Virus record (IMG/VR): IMGVR_UViG_3300032245_001567
Coordinates: 2,140-66,139 of that record
DNA length: 64,000 nucleotides
Origin: a virus
Taxonomy: Duplodnaviria > Caudoviricetes
Reading direction: 5' to 3' (one strand)
Shown here in pieces: positions 9,904 to 19,944 of this stretch (the stretch's first letter is position 1; every line of letters starts with the position of its first letter). The notes beneath the pieces were generated by a model, which ran no database searches, was not told the DNA's origin, and saw only the letters and a list, made by a program, of their open reading frames with translations. A program made the translations under genes and the position numbers.

Positions 9904-10041
9904 ATGACAATTTTACTTATAACCATTATCGCAATACTGATTTTACTTTTATTGTGTGCTTTATCGTACATAAGAGTTCAGAACAAAATCATAAAATGCT
10001 TAACCAACATAGTTTTACCAAATAATGACACGACAAATTAA
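9904..10041 (+). CDS. 45-aa single-TM protein (not in ORF track)
   Basis: MTILLITIIAILILLLLCALSYIRVQNK...; fills the gap between genes. Confidence 0.5.
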   Translation: MTILLITIIAILILLLLCALSYIRVQNKIIKCLTNIVLPNNDTTN

Positions 10042-10804
10042 AATTTCACAATCCTTGTTGAAAGCCCTTAGCGAATACATACAAGGAATCGAATGTGGCA
10101 TATCTTTTAAAGTAAGATATATCACCAAAGAAGTAGAGTTTACCCCAACTGACTCAATGAAGTTGGGCAACTTTTTTGAATTCCATGCTACGGGAGCAAT
10201 GCCGAGAAGTGGTGAGCCCCAAGGCGAAAAAACTCAAAAAGGAGAATATACCGCAGACTACAAGAGAGCCTTAGCCTCCGCACAATTCTTCAAAGCACTT
10301 TCAACCCACTTTGGGATTAAGATTTTGGAGAAAAACTTTTTATTAGAAGGAGAGAAAGAAAAAGGATACCTCGATATTCTTGCAGAATGGGACGGCAGAG
10401 TCGTTATTATTGATTTAAAGTACTCAGGGCTACTTGATGACAAATGGAGTCCTTACGGGTGGCATACGGACTTTCTTTCAGAAAAAGAAAATATCATGAT
10501 TCAACCCGTTTCATACAAAGGTTTGGCGAGAGAAGTTTTGGGCGTAGAGAATATTCCATTCTTTTTTTGGGTGTTTGATTCAAAAAATCCCACTTCCGCC
10601 AAAATTATCGAAGTAGAAATTGATGAACGAAGATTTGAAAACCATAAAGAAGCGGTTGATATTGCTATCAACTACTTACAAACTCACATACAAAAAGATG
10701 ATTGGATTCCAAGACCCGAATTATTGCGTTGCCAATCATGTGCATACAAATCAAAGTGCCCTCATGGGGTAGATTATCCTATTATTGAAAAAGTTTATTT
10801 TTAA
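10025..10804 (+). CDS. PD-(D/E)XK exonuclease (RecE/Cas4-like partner of RecT)
   Basis: GYLDIL...IIDLKYS, Q..SY, C-terminal CQSCAYKSKC; next to recT. Confidence 0.85.
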   Translation: MTRQIKISQSLLKALSEYIQGIECGISFKVRYITKEVEFTPTDSMKLGNFFEFHATGAMPRSGEPQGEKTQKGEYTADYKRALASAQFFKALSTHFGIKILEKNFLLEGEKEKGYLDILAEWDGRVVIIDLKYSGLLDDKWSPYGWHTDFLSEKENIMIQPVSYKGLAREVLGVENIPFFFWVFDSKNPTSAKIIEVEIDERRFENHKEAVDIAINYLQTHIQKDDWIPRPELLRCQSCAYKSKCPHGVDYPIIEKVYF

Positions 10805-10806
10805 TC

Positions 10807-10992
10807 ATGACTATAGAAGAAAGAGCCGACAAATGGGCTAAAGAAGTGGGCTTAGAAAAAGCCATTGCAGATTTAAACAATGAAATCTTTGTAAAGGAGA
10901 ATTCATTCGGTAAAGTTGGTTATACCGCAGATGATTTGCGGTATGTCAAAGAGCGAAAAGCAATGGTGAAGTACCTATCCGAGAAAAAATGA
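10807..10992 (+). CDS. hypothetical protein
   Basis: Coupled small ORF. Confidence 0.6.
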   Translation: MTIEERADKWAKEVGLEKAIADLNNEIFVKENSFGKVGYTADDLRYVKERKAMVKYLSEKK

Positions 10993-11987
10993 GACGCACG
11001 ACCAATAACTCCCCCATTACGCAACAACAATCTCAATTTCTTATAACTCAAATTACTTCCATGATGGAAGAATATGAGAAGAAAGTTTTGGGCGAATTGC
11101 TAAAGCAACACAAGATGTCCCCTGCTCAATTTGTGCAGATTGTCTTGAGTGAAGTAAAACGAAATCCAATGATGCTTGAAGCGTTCAAAAAAGAGCCTTC
11201 ATCGTTATTCGCCTCAATCATTTATTGTGCTCAATTAGGGCTTTCCCCTTCGGCTATAGCGGGAGAATTTTATTTCCTTCCGTTCAAGGGAATAGTAGTG
11301 AAGCCAATTATCGGATATAAGGGCTTGGTTTCGCTTATGACAAGGAACAATGCCGTGATGCATATTTCCGCAGAAACAGTGCATGGTGCGGACGTATTTG
11401 AATACGAATTAGGTCTTGAGCCAAAATTGATTCATAAGCCCGTAGAATCGATAAGAACATCAAAAAATTTCTTGTACGTTTATGTGGTAGCAAAACTTAA
11501 TAATGGAGAGAAAGTTTTCAAGGTAATGAACCTAAATGAAATCAATTCCATATTGGCTACCATGGATGAGGTTAGTCCTTACTACTTCAACGATGCCAAA
11601 GACCCTATGATGTGGATGATTAAGAAAACTTGCTTAAAGCAGTTGGCTAAACTTCTTCCCAAAGACTATTTCGGGAGTGAAGCAATCTCCCTTGATGATA
11701 AAATGGAGGGCAATGGCTATATCGTATTGAATGATGAAGACAAAATCGAATTCAAAGAGGGCGTGAAATTTACCGCCAAATTACCATCCAAGAAAAACGT
11801 CTACGGGTCTTTAATGGCGGAAGGCAAAAAAGAACATGAAGAAAATGACCAAAAGTTATTAACTTCGCAACCGCATACGGAGGAAATACCAAGTGAAAAC
11901 GAAAGTAATTCAGCCGAGAATGACAAAGATTCCGAAATCACACCGAATGTTCGGTTCGTGAAAAAAAGAAAAAAGGGAGGTATTTAG
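10989..11987 (+). CDS. recT: RecT single-strand annealing protein
   Basis: CAQLGLSP..GEFYFLPF...IIGYKGL, FEYELGLEPKLIHKP, MIKKTCLKQLAKLLP. Confidence 0.92.
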   Translation: MRRTTNNSPITQQQSQFLITQITSMMEEYEKKVLGELLKQHKMSPAQFVQIVLSEVKRNPMMLEAFKKEPSSLFASIIYCAQLGLSPSAIAGEFYFLPFKGIVVKPIIGYKGLVSLMTRNNAVMHISAETVHGADVFEYELGLEPKLIHKPVESIRTSKNFLYVYVVAKLNNGEKVFKVMNLNEINSILATMDEVSPYYFNDAKDPMMWMIKKTCLKQLAKLLPKDYFGSEAISLDDKMEGNGYIVLNDEDKIEFKEGVKFTAKLPSKKNVYGSLMAEGKKEHEENDQKLLTSQPHTEEIPSENESNSAENDKDSEITPNVRFVKKRKKGGI

Positions 11988-12002
11988 CCTCCCCTTTTTT
12001 TT
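11969..12002. terminator. bidirectional terminator at the convergence of both arms
   Basis: A run, GGGAGG-loop-CCTCCC stem, T run. Confidence 0.85.
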
Positions 12003-12029
12003 GTGACAATAAAAGCGCAGAATCACAAA

Positions 12030-12902
12030 TTATAAAGTACCCGTGTAGGTCAGAGTAGAAAACACCAATTTATCATTGGTGGTCATCAAAATGGGTTGAT
12101 TGAGCGTATTATAGGAAACCCAAAATAATCCCAAACTTGAATTAAACGAAAGAGAATTTGCAATTGCTTGTGCACTTGTAAAATTCCCCGTTAAATTTTG
12201 CGTAGAAAACGATGGGTCTCCTACGTTTTTGTACTGCAAAGATATTTGAGTAATGTTAAATGGTTCATTATTGCCAAAAGCCCATTGCCACAAACCATTT
12301 GCGTTTGCACTTTGCTTAAAAGTATCGGGTGCACCGCCCAAAAGCGATACGATACCCGTAAATGCGATAGTTGAAGGACTACTATTGTTTTTAACCCGTA
12401 AAGGAATCAAAATATTCCTATCGGTATAACTATCCGCCTCTCTTTCAGGGAAATCGGATAAGAAGTCGTAATAATTCAGTTCTTCAAAAAGCGTAGGAGA
12501 ACTCAACAAATTACTTGTAGACTGCTCCATTACGCTAAATACTACCACAATATCTTCTTGTGATAAAATTGGGACGTTGAAATTCTGCATCCCGTTAAAA
12601 GTAAATTGCTCATCGGCTTGTTCGTTGATTACATCGCTTGTAATCGCAGAAACGAATTGATATGGGTCAATTGTAGGGGCAAGTACTTTTTGTTCAAATA
12701 TACCCCGTCTATTGTTCTTCTGAAGCGTTATAACTTGAAACAATTGGTCATAGGTTAATGATTTCATGTACATCCCATTGAGGCTATATTGATAACCTTG
12801 CCCTATGGCTTGTTGAATAACATCATAGGAAGTGCTTCCACCTCCCGTAATTTCCAACCAAGGAAAACCAAAATTATCATATCCTACCGCAATAGTTCCC
12901 AT
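12030..12902 (-). CDS. paralogue of the candidate major capsid protein (minor capsid/vertex protein)
   Basis: QKVLAPTIDPYQF matches QKVFVPTIDPYQY of 25115..25813; beta-rich; extra C-terminal domain. Confidence 0.6.
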   Translation of the reverse strand: MGTIAVGYDNFGFPWLEITGGGSTSYDVIQQAIGQGYQYSLNGMYMKSLTYDQLFQVITLQKNNRRGIFEQKVLAPTIDPYQFVSAITSDVINEQADEQFTFNGMQNFNVPILSQEDIVVVFSVMEQSTSNLLSSPTLFEELNYYDFLSDFPEREADSYTDRNILIPLRVKNNSSPSTIAFTGIVSLLGGAPDTFKQSANANGLWQWAFGNNEPFNITQISLQYKNVGDPSFSTQNLTGNFTSAQAIANSLSFNSSLGLFWVSYNTLNQPILMTTNDKLVFSTLTYTGTL

Positions 12903-13222
12903 TATTTAGCCATTAAAACGTCTTTACCTTCCAAATTCCTTGCAACAAACTGATTACCGCTCTTATAAACGCGTAAGCCATAAGTGTTGGCTAACTCATT
13001 GTTAAGTGCATTCAAGTTTTTAGCACTTTCGCGATTTTCTACTGCACTCATAAAAGCATCCAATGCAATCATAGCATTTTCTTTGTCTTTCAATTCTTGC
13101 TTAGGAGCAACATCAGGCTTAGGAATACCTCCTTTGCCTCGTGGTGTAGTAATAAAAACCACCGCGACAACAATGCCGAGTGTTATAAGGGCTTCTTTAA
13201 CTTGCGTATCAAACATCATCAT
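12902..13222 (-). CDS. N-terminal TM virion membrane protein
   Basis: ALITLGIVVAVVFI. Confidence 0.65.
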   Translation of the reverse strand: MMMFDTQVKEALITLGIVVAVVFITTPRGKGGIPKPDVAPKQELKDKENAMIALDAFMSAVENRESAKNLNALNNELANTYGLRVYKSGNQFVARNLEGKDVLMAK

Positions 13223-13779
13223 ATCTTAATATCCTTAGAACCAATTAGTGTGTATGTGAAGGAATTTGGGTAAAATTCGAGAGATTTTTTGACAATTTTC
13301 ATGAATTCCAAGAAATCTTTTTTGCGTTTGAATACTTGGCAACCTTCAGACCAATTATTAACGAAGTTAGAATCTTCACCCGCCATGTGGATATTTATTC
13401 CCTGAGCATCGGTGTAGATTTTACTTTCATCGTATGTTCCATCTTTTAAATTAAAATCGCGGTAAACACGAAGGGGTCTATATTGACAAAGAGCATCGTA
13501 TAAGCCACGATGTTTGCGAACCATAAAGCATGAAGTATATTGCCACTCTACTAAACGAGCACTACCTTCTCCATTATCGGTGGTGATTGCCCATGAGAAG
13601 TGTTTCCATTCTCCATTTTCTTTATAAGAAACGCAAATAGTATCGTCGAAACGATTGGTAACTTTTTTACCCGTAGATGAATTTCTAATCCCAACGATGT
13701 TAAGATTAAAATCACCTTTTTCATACCACTTGTAACCAAGTGATTTTACGGCTTGTTCTACTTGCTCTTTGGTGTACAT
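13219..13779 (-). CDS. putative endolysin, L,D-transpeptidase(YkuD)-like
   Basis: GINIH...NWSEGCQVF His/Ser-x-Gly-Cys motif. Confidence 0.7.
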   Translation of the reverse strand: MYTKEQVEQAVKSLGYKWYEKGDFNLNIVGIRNSSTGKKVTNRFDDTICVSYKENGEWKHFSWAITTDNGEGSARLVEWQYTSCFMVRKHRGLYDALCQYRPLRVYRDFNLKDGTYDESKIYTDAQGINIHMAGEDSNFVNNWSEGCQVFKRKKDFLEFMKIVKKSLEFYPNSFTYTLIGSKDIKI

Positions 13780-13781
13780 AG

Positions 13782-14141
13782 TTATTTTTTTACAACGTAA
13801 ACGATTACCCCAACCAAAGCCAAAGCACCAATACCTAAACCAACATAAAGCGCAGTATTGCCCTTAGAAGGTGCAGGTTGATTACCTTGATTGGCGAGGA
13901 TGGAAAGTTTTTGTAATTGCAATTGTTGGGCTGCCGTATCTTTTGCTATACCTAACTCAGCATTTAATCTTTGTTGGCTCATGTTGTAGTCCATCTTTCT
14001 ACGCTTAGAAGCGTCGACTCCACCAACTACAACTTTACCTATTGCTTCAATTATTTGCCCAACATTTCCACCACCTGAAGCGGTAGAACCTGCACTTGCG
14101 CCCGTTTCGGCAGCACTTCCTGCTATTTCTCCTAAATTCAT
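13782..14141 (-). CDS. C-terminal TM virion membrane protein
   Basis: G/A/S-rich N-terminus; ALYVGLGIGALALVGVIVYVVKK. Confidence 0.7.
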   Translation of the reverse strand: MNLGEIAGSAAETGASAGSTASGGGNVGQIIEAIGKVVVGGVDASKRRKMDYNMSQQRLNAELGIAKDTAAQQLQLQKLSILANQGNQPAPSKGNTALYVGLGIGALALVGVIVYVVKK

Positions 14142-14142
14142 A

Positions 14143-14478
14143 TTATTTGTTTTTTAAAATTGTATAAGTAAAAACACCAATTGATAACACCCCAAATCCG
14201 AGTGCTAAAAATTGGTCACGTTCCATTTTCTTATCCGCTATTTCATTGGCTTGTTGTTCGATTGTTTTTTGTTGGATTACATTTGAAGCATATTGAGTTG
14301 CAATTGCTTTTAATCCTTTTCTACGCTCTTCTTGATTACCCGATAATGCTTCAGCACTTTTTTTAATTAAATTGTTTTGCGCGTCAAGAAAATACTTTTC
14401 TCGTTCTTTCTTTTTGTCAACGGCATATTTAGAAACTGAATAAGTTGCCATTGCAACGGAAATAATCAAGCCTATCAT
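14143..14478 (-). CDS. membrane protein with a TM at each end
   Basis: Hydrophobic termini, coiled core. Confidence 0.65.
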   Translation of the reverse strand: MIGLIISVAMATYSVSKYAVDKKKEREKYFLDAQNNLIKKSAEALSGNQEERRKGLKAIATQYASNVIQQKTIEQQANEIADKKMERDQFLALGFGVLSIGVFTYTILKNK

Positions 14479-14479
14479 C

Positions 14480-15193
14480 TTAAAATACTTTAGAGCCTAC
14501 ATATTCACCCAATATTTTATAATTGGGCATTTTTAAGTGAATACCATCAGTCGAATTCGCCCTTGTAAAAGAAGGATAAGGAGGCACAATTGCGTATGCC
14601 CCCTTTAAGTTTTTTTGTAAGGAAGAATAGAAAGAAGATAGTCTTTTTGCAGATAACCTTAATGCATCTTGGGTTGCACCTTTGTACATTCGAGATAAAT
14701 CAAATGAAGTAGATACTTTCATAGGGTCATAACCCGTAACCACGATAACCTTGCTACCCTTTTTGTTTCCTGCATTAATCATCGCTTGGATGTTGCTAAT
14801 GCCATCTTGAGTACTTTTGGCTGCTTGGGCTTCGGTTAGATTCCCGTAAATATCGTTTGTGCCACCCCAAATAAAGATGTAATCGGGAGTGGGTTTTGTG
14901 GCAAGGTAAGTATTAAGATTGCTCAACATCCAAGATGTTGTTTTACCATTTCCCGCCACTTTTGCAAGTGATGCTAAACCATACTTATTTTTGATGGCTT
15001 CCCCCCAAGAGTTTGTAGCAAAAGTGTGGCTATCGCCAACTACGAGCATACTTTTCCCTTTGGTAGGTAATTTGTCACCACCCTTTGTGCCATAATCATC
15101 TTCGCCTGAAGAAGATTCGTCATACGCCTTTTGTGCTTGTTTAGCACCAACAAGCAATGACCATAAACCCGCTATCCAAAACATATTTATCAA
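14480..15193 (-). CDS. membrane-anchored SGNH/GDSL hydrolase
   Basis: VVGDSH block I, GGTND block III, DGIH block V; hydrophobic N-terminus. Confidence 0.85.
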   Translation of the reverse strand: MINMFWIAGLWSLLVGAKQAQKAYDESSSGEDDYGTKGGDKLPTKGKSMLVVGDSHTFATNSWGEAIKNKYGLASLAKVAGNGKTTSWMLSNLNTYLATKPTPDYIFIWGGTNDIYGNLTEAQAAKSTQDGISNIQAMINAGNKKGSKVIVVTGYDPMKVSTSFDLSRMYKGATQDALRLSAKRLSSFYSSLQKNLKGAYAIVPPYPSFTRANSTDGIHLKMPNYKILGEYVGSKVF

Positions 15194-15195
15194 AA

Positions 15196-15549
15196 TTATG
15201 AATTAGCCCATGGAAGTGGGGTAGGTTGTGGAGATGGCGCAGGATTTGCTTGTGCTTGAATCTGCGCACTTAAATTTGATTCAACATTTACAACTGCATC
15301 GATTCCCATTTGTGATTTAATCCAACCGATAACGATTTCGTTTGTCAATTGGTCATAAGGAATGAAATTTGTTTGAGATGAGTTCACATCAAAAAATGCA
15401 GCGTTATTTATTTGTGAAGTATAACTTACTCCATTGATTGTTTCATTAGCAATAACACTATAGTTTGCTTGAACTACATAGTCTTGTTCTCCACTTATGG
15501 GGTTAATAGTACTCATGCTATTAACTACCCAATTGTATGATGTTGCCAT
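15196..15549 (-). CDS. fibre-associated/chaperone protein 1
   Basis: FIPYDQLTNEIVIGWI and C-terminal PLPW; follows the fibre gene. Confidence 0.65.
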   Translation of the reverse strand: MATSYNWVVNSMSTINPISGEQDYVVQANYSVIANETINGVSYTSQINNAAFFDVNSSQTNFIPYDQLTNEIVIGWIKSQMGIDAVVNVESNLSAQIQAQANPAPSPQPTPLPWANS

Positions 15550-15557
15550 TTTTAATA

Positions 15558-16598
15558 TTATGATTTTAGTAAAACTTTATAAGGAATTCCATTGATGATT
15601 ACCGACCAACTTCTATCACTTGTAAGAGATTCAACTCTTATTGTTCCTGCATTGTAAGCAGCAGAACCAACAACAAATTGATTTGCTCCCGTAGAAGACG
15701 CGCCTCTACCAATAACAATAGATGCATCGTGTGCGACTACGTCTTGACCGATACCAATCACTGAAGAATGAGAAGAAGTATTTACTTGAGCATTACTTCC
15801 AATTAAAACATTCGACTGACCTGCTACAATAGTATTACCTGCGCTAAAGCCAATTCCCACGTTATTGTTGGATGTGTTATTTTGCAAAGAATATGTACCT
15901 ATCGCTACGTTGTTTTCACCAATAGAATTTGCAAATAATGAAGCAGCACCGATAGCCGTATTGTACGACCCCGTAGTATTATTTTCTGCGGAAGAACCTC
16001 CAACTGAAATATTGTATGTACCCGTGGTATTTAATCTACTTGCATAAGTACCGATAGCCGTATTATTTGAATATACGTTATTTTGCAAGGCTTGATATCC
16101 GATAGCAGTAACTCCCGTAGCGTTGGTTGCAGTTTCGTTTGCAAAACTTCCAATTGCTACGTTTTTAAATCCCGTATTGATAGAAAAACCACTTCTATAT
16201 CCAATCCCTACGTTGTCGTAACCCGTAGTATTAGAATTTAAAGCCAAATTACCTATCGCAGTATTTTCATATCCCGTAGTGTTATTTGTTAATGCTGAAG
16301 CACCAAATGCCGTATTTGTTCCAATCCCCCCCTTACCATAATTCGCAACTTGATTGGAAGCAATTCTCAATGCAGAAAAATTATTTTTATTATCTGAAAC
16401 CGCTTGAAGCGTAGTTGAGATATCGTTTGCAACTTTTAAATTACCACCACTTGAACTCGTAATATAGTCTGATAAATTTTGAACATTGCCATTAATGTCT
16501 TTGATTTTAATTACGCCATCTACGTCATCGACAAAAAGGGCAAGACTATTGCCATCGGGAGATTTTATAGTATTTTTAAGGGATTTGGTTACACTCAT
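15558..16598 (-). CDS. spike/fibre protein 1, beta-helical repeats
   Basis: About 14-aa NTAIGxxALxxNTTG repeats (Hep/Hag-like). Confidence 0.8.
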   Translation of the reverse strand: MSVTKSLKNTIKSPDGNSLALFVDDVDGVIKIKDINGNVQNLSDYITSSSGGNLKVANDISTTLQAVSDNKNNFSALRIASNQVANYGKGGIGTNTAFGASALTNNTTGYENTAIGNLALNSNTTGYDNVGIGYRSGFSINTGFKNVAIGSFANETATNATGVTAIGYQALQNNVYSNNTAIGTYASRLNTTGTYNISVGGSSAENNTTGSYNTAIGAASLFANSIGENNVAIGTYSLQNNTSNNNVGIGFSAGNTIVAGQSNVLIGSNAQVNTSSHSSVIGIGQDVVAHDASIVIGRGASSTGANQFVVGSAAYNAGTIRVESLTSDRSWSVIINGIPYKVLLKS

Positions 16599-16611
16599 TT
16601 TATTTTTTCTT

Positions 16612-17022
16612 TTATGTGAATAAGTCGCTCAATGGGCACATCTTTAAATAGTTATGTCCATCGTGGAATGCGATGTTGATAGTTTTGTTACGCTCGAATA
16701 AAAACGCGGAGAAATTTTGTGGTTCGATATTGTACTCACTAATCTTTCGGACGAGTAATTCGTGAATGACGGGTGATAAAGTGGCTTCTTTTTGAAGGAT
16801 ATCAATCTTAATACCAAGAATATCCTTGAACGTGGATTTTGGTCGAGCAACCTGCCACTTTCTGAAGATGGCGTAATCAAGACCATATTCAGCCGATTGG
16901 GATTGGCTGAGTTTGATTTGAATTTGTATGTCTTCGACCCCGACGTTTTCATTTTTTGCTAATTTACCTAAGCCTTTGCTAAAATCGTTTCTGATTTGTC
17001 CTAAAAAAAATTCTGCTAACAT
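16612..17022 (-). CDS. hypothetical protein
   Basis: Intact ORF behind its own promoter. Confidence 0.7.
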   Translation of the reverse strand: MLAEFFLGQIRNDFSKGLGKLAKNENVGVEDIQIQIKLSQSQSAEYGLDYAIFRKWQVARPKSTFKDILGIKIDILQKEATLSPVIHELLVRKISEYNIEPQNFSAFLFERNKTINIAFHDGHNYLKMCPLSDLFT

Positions 17023-17044
17023 TTTGATTTTGTATTGTTCAATA

Positions 17045-17052
17045 CAAAAATA
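17045..17052 (-). promoter_or_regulatory. promoter -7 element
   Basis: TATTTTTG on the - strand. Confidence 0.55.
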
Positions 17053-17057
17053 TAAAA

Positions 17058-17561
17058 TTACGGGTAATACTCCTTATACAAATTGTAAAGGTTTTTGCCC
17101 GTGTTGCTAAATTTAATAGGAATTGTTGTAAATCCGAATGGGGTTTTAACTTTCATGTTACCTACGAAATCCAAATCGATATCTTGCTTTTGGATTAATT
17201 GTACTACAATATCTCTCCAATTTTTGAAAATCTTTTCGGGGATTACTTCAATAGTAACGAAAATTTGGGTCTTTCCATCGGGCTTAATTGTATAAGCCTC
17301 TGATTGCTGAATCTTTGACAATAAAGCATTCTGAGAGAAAATACTCAAATCAATATCCTTGATTGTGGCTTCAAATGCACTCTTATTTATAATGGTGAAA
17401 TACAAATTGAATTTCAACGTAGGGCTAACACTTACCAATTGATAAGAATCAACGCTATAGTCCCATTGTTGGGCTAACATTACATTTTTGTAAACGTAAC
17501 GCAACAACGCAGAACCCATCAATACTGAGCCACCGATTAATAGTACTTTTTTCGCGTCCAT
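17058..17561 (-). CDS. LEA_2/WHy-like membrane protein
   Basis: N-terminal TM then beta-sandwich pattern IINKSAFEATIKDI...TIKPDGKTQI. Confidence 0.6.
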   Translation of the reverse strand: MDAKKVLLIGGSVLMGSALLRYVYKNVMLAQQWDYSVDSYQLVSVSPTLKFNLYFTIINKSAFEATIKDIDLSIFSQNALLSKIQQSEAYTIKPDGKTQIFVTIEVIPEKIFKNWRDIVVQLIQKQDIDLDFVGNMKVKTPFGFTTIPIKFSNTGKNLYNLYKEYYP

Positions 17562-18205
17562 TATCTTGATTTAAAATATAAAAATCCACCAATTGCAACA
17601 ACTACCAAACCACCTACGATTAAAGTAGATGATTTAATTTCTTTGCCAAATATTTTAACTCCTTGTCCACTTGAAGATGTTGAATCACTTGCGCTTGAAT
17701 CACCTCCGCTTGATGAAGCATCAGAAGTTGGATATTGAACACTTGGTGGTGCACTTGGAGGAGCACTTGAAGAAAGTGTAGGCTTATTTGAAGCGGTTGC
17801 CGTTGGGGCTTCTAAAGCACTCATAGAACGCTCAAGTTCAGCAATTTCATTATTTTTCAATGCAATTTGCTTATCCAATTCGCGAATAGCAGTTGATGCT
17901 TGTTCGATAGCCTTTTTTGCTTGACGAAGCATTAAGTCACCTTTTTTAAAAGCACCTCTTGCTATTTCCCTATTGGCTCTATCTTTCTTGTCATTTTCAC
18001 TATCAAGTTTAACTTGCTCATCTGCACGTTTCTTTTGTAAAGAACTGATTTCAGATTGTTTAGATTTAATCTTCTTTTGATAAGAAGCAACTTCCTTTTG
18101 ATAGTTATCAATAGAACCATCAGCAGAATAAAATCTATCGCCCCCCATGTAAGCAGGGATAGGCGTAATTTGAATTCCAAGTTGTTTGTTTAATGCTTTT
18201 TTCAT
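17561..18205 (-). CDS. coiled-coil, S-rich linker, C-terminal TM virion protein
   Basis: FYSADG motif, coiled coil, poly-S linker, TM plus KSR. Confidence 0.7.
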   Translation of the reverse strand: MKKALNKQLGIQITPIPAYMGGDRFYSADGSIDNYQKEVASYQKKIKSKQSEISSLQKKRADEQVKLDSENDKKDRANREIARGAFKKGDLMLRQAKKAIEQASTAIRELDKQIALKNNEIAELERSMSALEAPTATASNKPTLSSSAPPSAPPSVQYPTSDASSSGGDSSASDSTSSSGQGVKIFGKEIKSSTLIVGGLVVVAIGGFLYFKSR

Positions 18206-18206
18206 C

Positions 18207-18533
18207 TTATTTTTTCTTTACGAAATGGACAATGGTTGCCACCAATGCTATAGCGGTCAAACCAATTCCAATTGTAAAAATGGTTTTTCTACTAATTTTT
18301 GGAGCACTTTCAGTTCCCTCCCATTCAAAATCAACACCTTTTTGTAAGTTAATTGGTTGATATGTTTTTGCAAACGATGGTTCTAATACAATATTACCAC
18401 TTTTAGTTGAAACAAATGTTCCACCATTATCATCTACTATTAAAGTAGAGCCTTTAGTGATAGTAGTAGCCAATTCCCCCGCAGGTTGTTGTCTGAAAAT
18501 TTGAATATTTTTTAATGCGATTGCTTGTTTCAT
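18207..18533 (-). CDS. C-terminal TM virion protein
   Basis: TM followed by KKK. Confidence 0.7.
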   Translation of the reverse strand: MKQAIALKNIQIFRQQPAGELATTITKGSTLIVDDNGGTFVSTKSGNIVLEPSFAKTYQPINLQKGVDFEWEGTESAPKISRKTIFTIGIGLTAIALVATIVHFVKKK

Positions 18534-18534
18534 A

Positions 18535-19047
18535 TTATTTTTTCTTTATTATGTAAACGATAGTTCCAACTAAAGCCAAAACACCTATACCAATACCAAC
18601 GTAAAGCATGGTTTTTTTGCTTTCACTTGAAGCAGAAGTATTTGAAGCACCACTTGCCGTAGCACTTGAAACTGATTCCTTTAATTGGCTTAAAAATGCG
18701 GTATCTTCAGATTGTTGCTTATTGATTTTGCAATTCAATGTGCGATACTTGTCTTCAAGTTTTTTCTTTTGAGAACTCAAAACTTTTTGATAATCGTTCA
18801 AAACGCGTTTTTCGCCTCTTTTTGTACTTGGATTAGCAAGTTTCACCCCATTATTTGCAATTTCGGCATCAATACTTGCGATAGTATTGTCCAACTCCAT
18901 GCAATCTTCGGAAATAGGATACCATTTATCAACTTGGGTTGCACGAGAATCTCCGCCCGTAGCGTTGCTATACTCGTTTGCAAATGAGATACGTCCATCC
19001 ATACCGAATGACATATCATTGTCTTTATAAAAAGAATCTATTTCCAT
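18535..19047 (-). CDS. C-terminal TM virion protein
   Basis: YSNATG motif; TM LYVGIGIGVLALVGTIVYIIKKK nearly identical to that of 13782..14141. Confidence 0.7.
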   Translation of the reverse strand: MEIDSFYKDNDMSFGMDGRISFANEYSNATGGDSRATQVDKWYPISEDCMELDNTIASIDAEIANNGVKLANPSTKRGEKRVLNDYQKVLSSQKKKLEDKYRTLNCKINKQQSEDTAFLSQLKESVSSATASGASNTSASSESKKTMLYVGIGIGVLALVGTIVYIIKKK

Positions 19048-19049
19048 GA

Positions 19050-19442
19050 TTATTTTAGTGTTTTAATGAAGTAGTCAATTTGTGATTTATCTTTAATTGG
19101 CAATAATTGTTCGCCAAAAATATAAACTATGGCTTTTATACTATTGTCACCAATTAATCCATCAACATCTAAAGGCGCATTTGGGAATTCTTTCTCAGGA
19201 TGATTTACAAAATATAAGTTCATTTTGCTTTGAAGCAATCTTGCTTTATCCCTAAATGCAGAATCCTTCATTGCTTCTGCAATTAAATTCAACCCACCTT
19301 TTTTGTATGGTTTTAAATCCATATTAGGGTCAAGAGGTTCATCTGCACCTCCTTTTCCTCTTTGGTTTTTTATATGCAAAGCCAAACCTGCTATTAATAG
19401 CAAGAGACCTCCTAAAAACATATTTTTATCATTCTTTTTCAT
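19050..19442 (-). CDS. N-terminal TM protein with PG-binding-like motif
   Basis: LDVDGLIGDNSIKAI resembles PG_binding_1 DGxxG. Confidence 0.55.
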   Translation of the reverse strand: MKKNDKNMFLGGLLLLIAGLALHIKNQRGKGGADEPLDPNMDLKPYKKGGLNLIAEAMKDSAFRDKARLLQSKMNLYFVNHPEKEFPNAPLDVDGLIGDNSIKAIVYIFGEQLLPIKDKSQIDYFIKTLK

Positions 19443-19446
19443 ATAC

Positions 19447-19944
19447 TTATAATTTTATTACATCCTCTCTAATATAAAGAGTTTTAGGCTTATTTGCCCA
19501 AACATCTCTTGTAAGAAAATTCCTTTGATTGTCTTGAATTTCTTTATACACGGCATCAGTAATTGTAACACCAAGCCACTTCCATTTTTGTTGAGTGCTT
19601 TTATTGAAAGCACCGCCTTTATCTTCAATAGGAGCAGTAGTAACTAAACCTATTTTAGTTCCACTTTTAGGGATTTCACCATATAAATTATCAATAAAAC
19701 CATCATCTGCAAAAGGTTCAGTACGAAGTTTTGCTGAATCTACTTTTGATATAATAGTTAAACCTTTCGTTGATTTTTCACGAATTTTAACGTCAAGTTT
19801 AGGGTCGGGAATATTTTGAGCACTCGTTGATTCTTGAGAATTATCATCTCCTCCATCATCTTTCTTTTTACCCAAAACGATATACATCGCCAATAAAACT
19901 GCGAATAAAGCACCCGTTTTTATTATTGATTTTTCATTTATCAT
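19447..19944 (-). CDS. N-terminal TM protein, SH3b-like
   Basis: AKLRTEP...KWLGV...YIREDVI. Confidence 0.5.
   Translation of the reverse strand: MINEKSIIKTGALFAVLLAMYIVLGKKKDDGGDDNSQESTSAQNIPDPKLDVKIREKSTKGLTIISKVDSAKLRTEPFADDGFIDNLYGEIPKSGTKIGLVTTAPIEDKGGAFNKSTQQKWKWLGVTITDAVYKEIQDNQRNFLTRDVWANKPKTLYIREDVIKL

Noticed and set aside
10025-10804. cas4 of a CRISPR system
   Set aside because: No array or other cas genes; context next to recT indicates a recombination exonuclease
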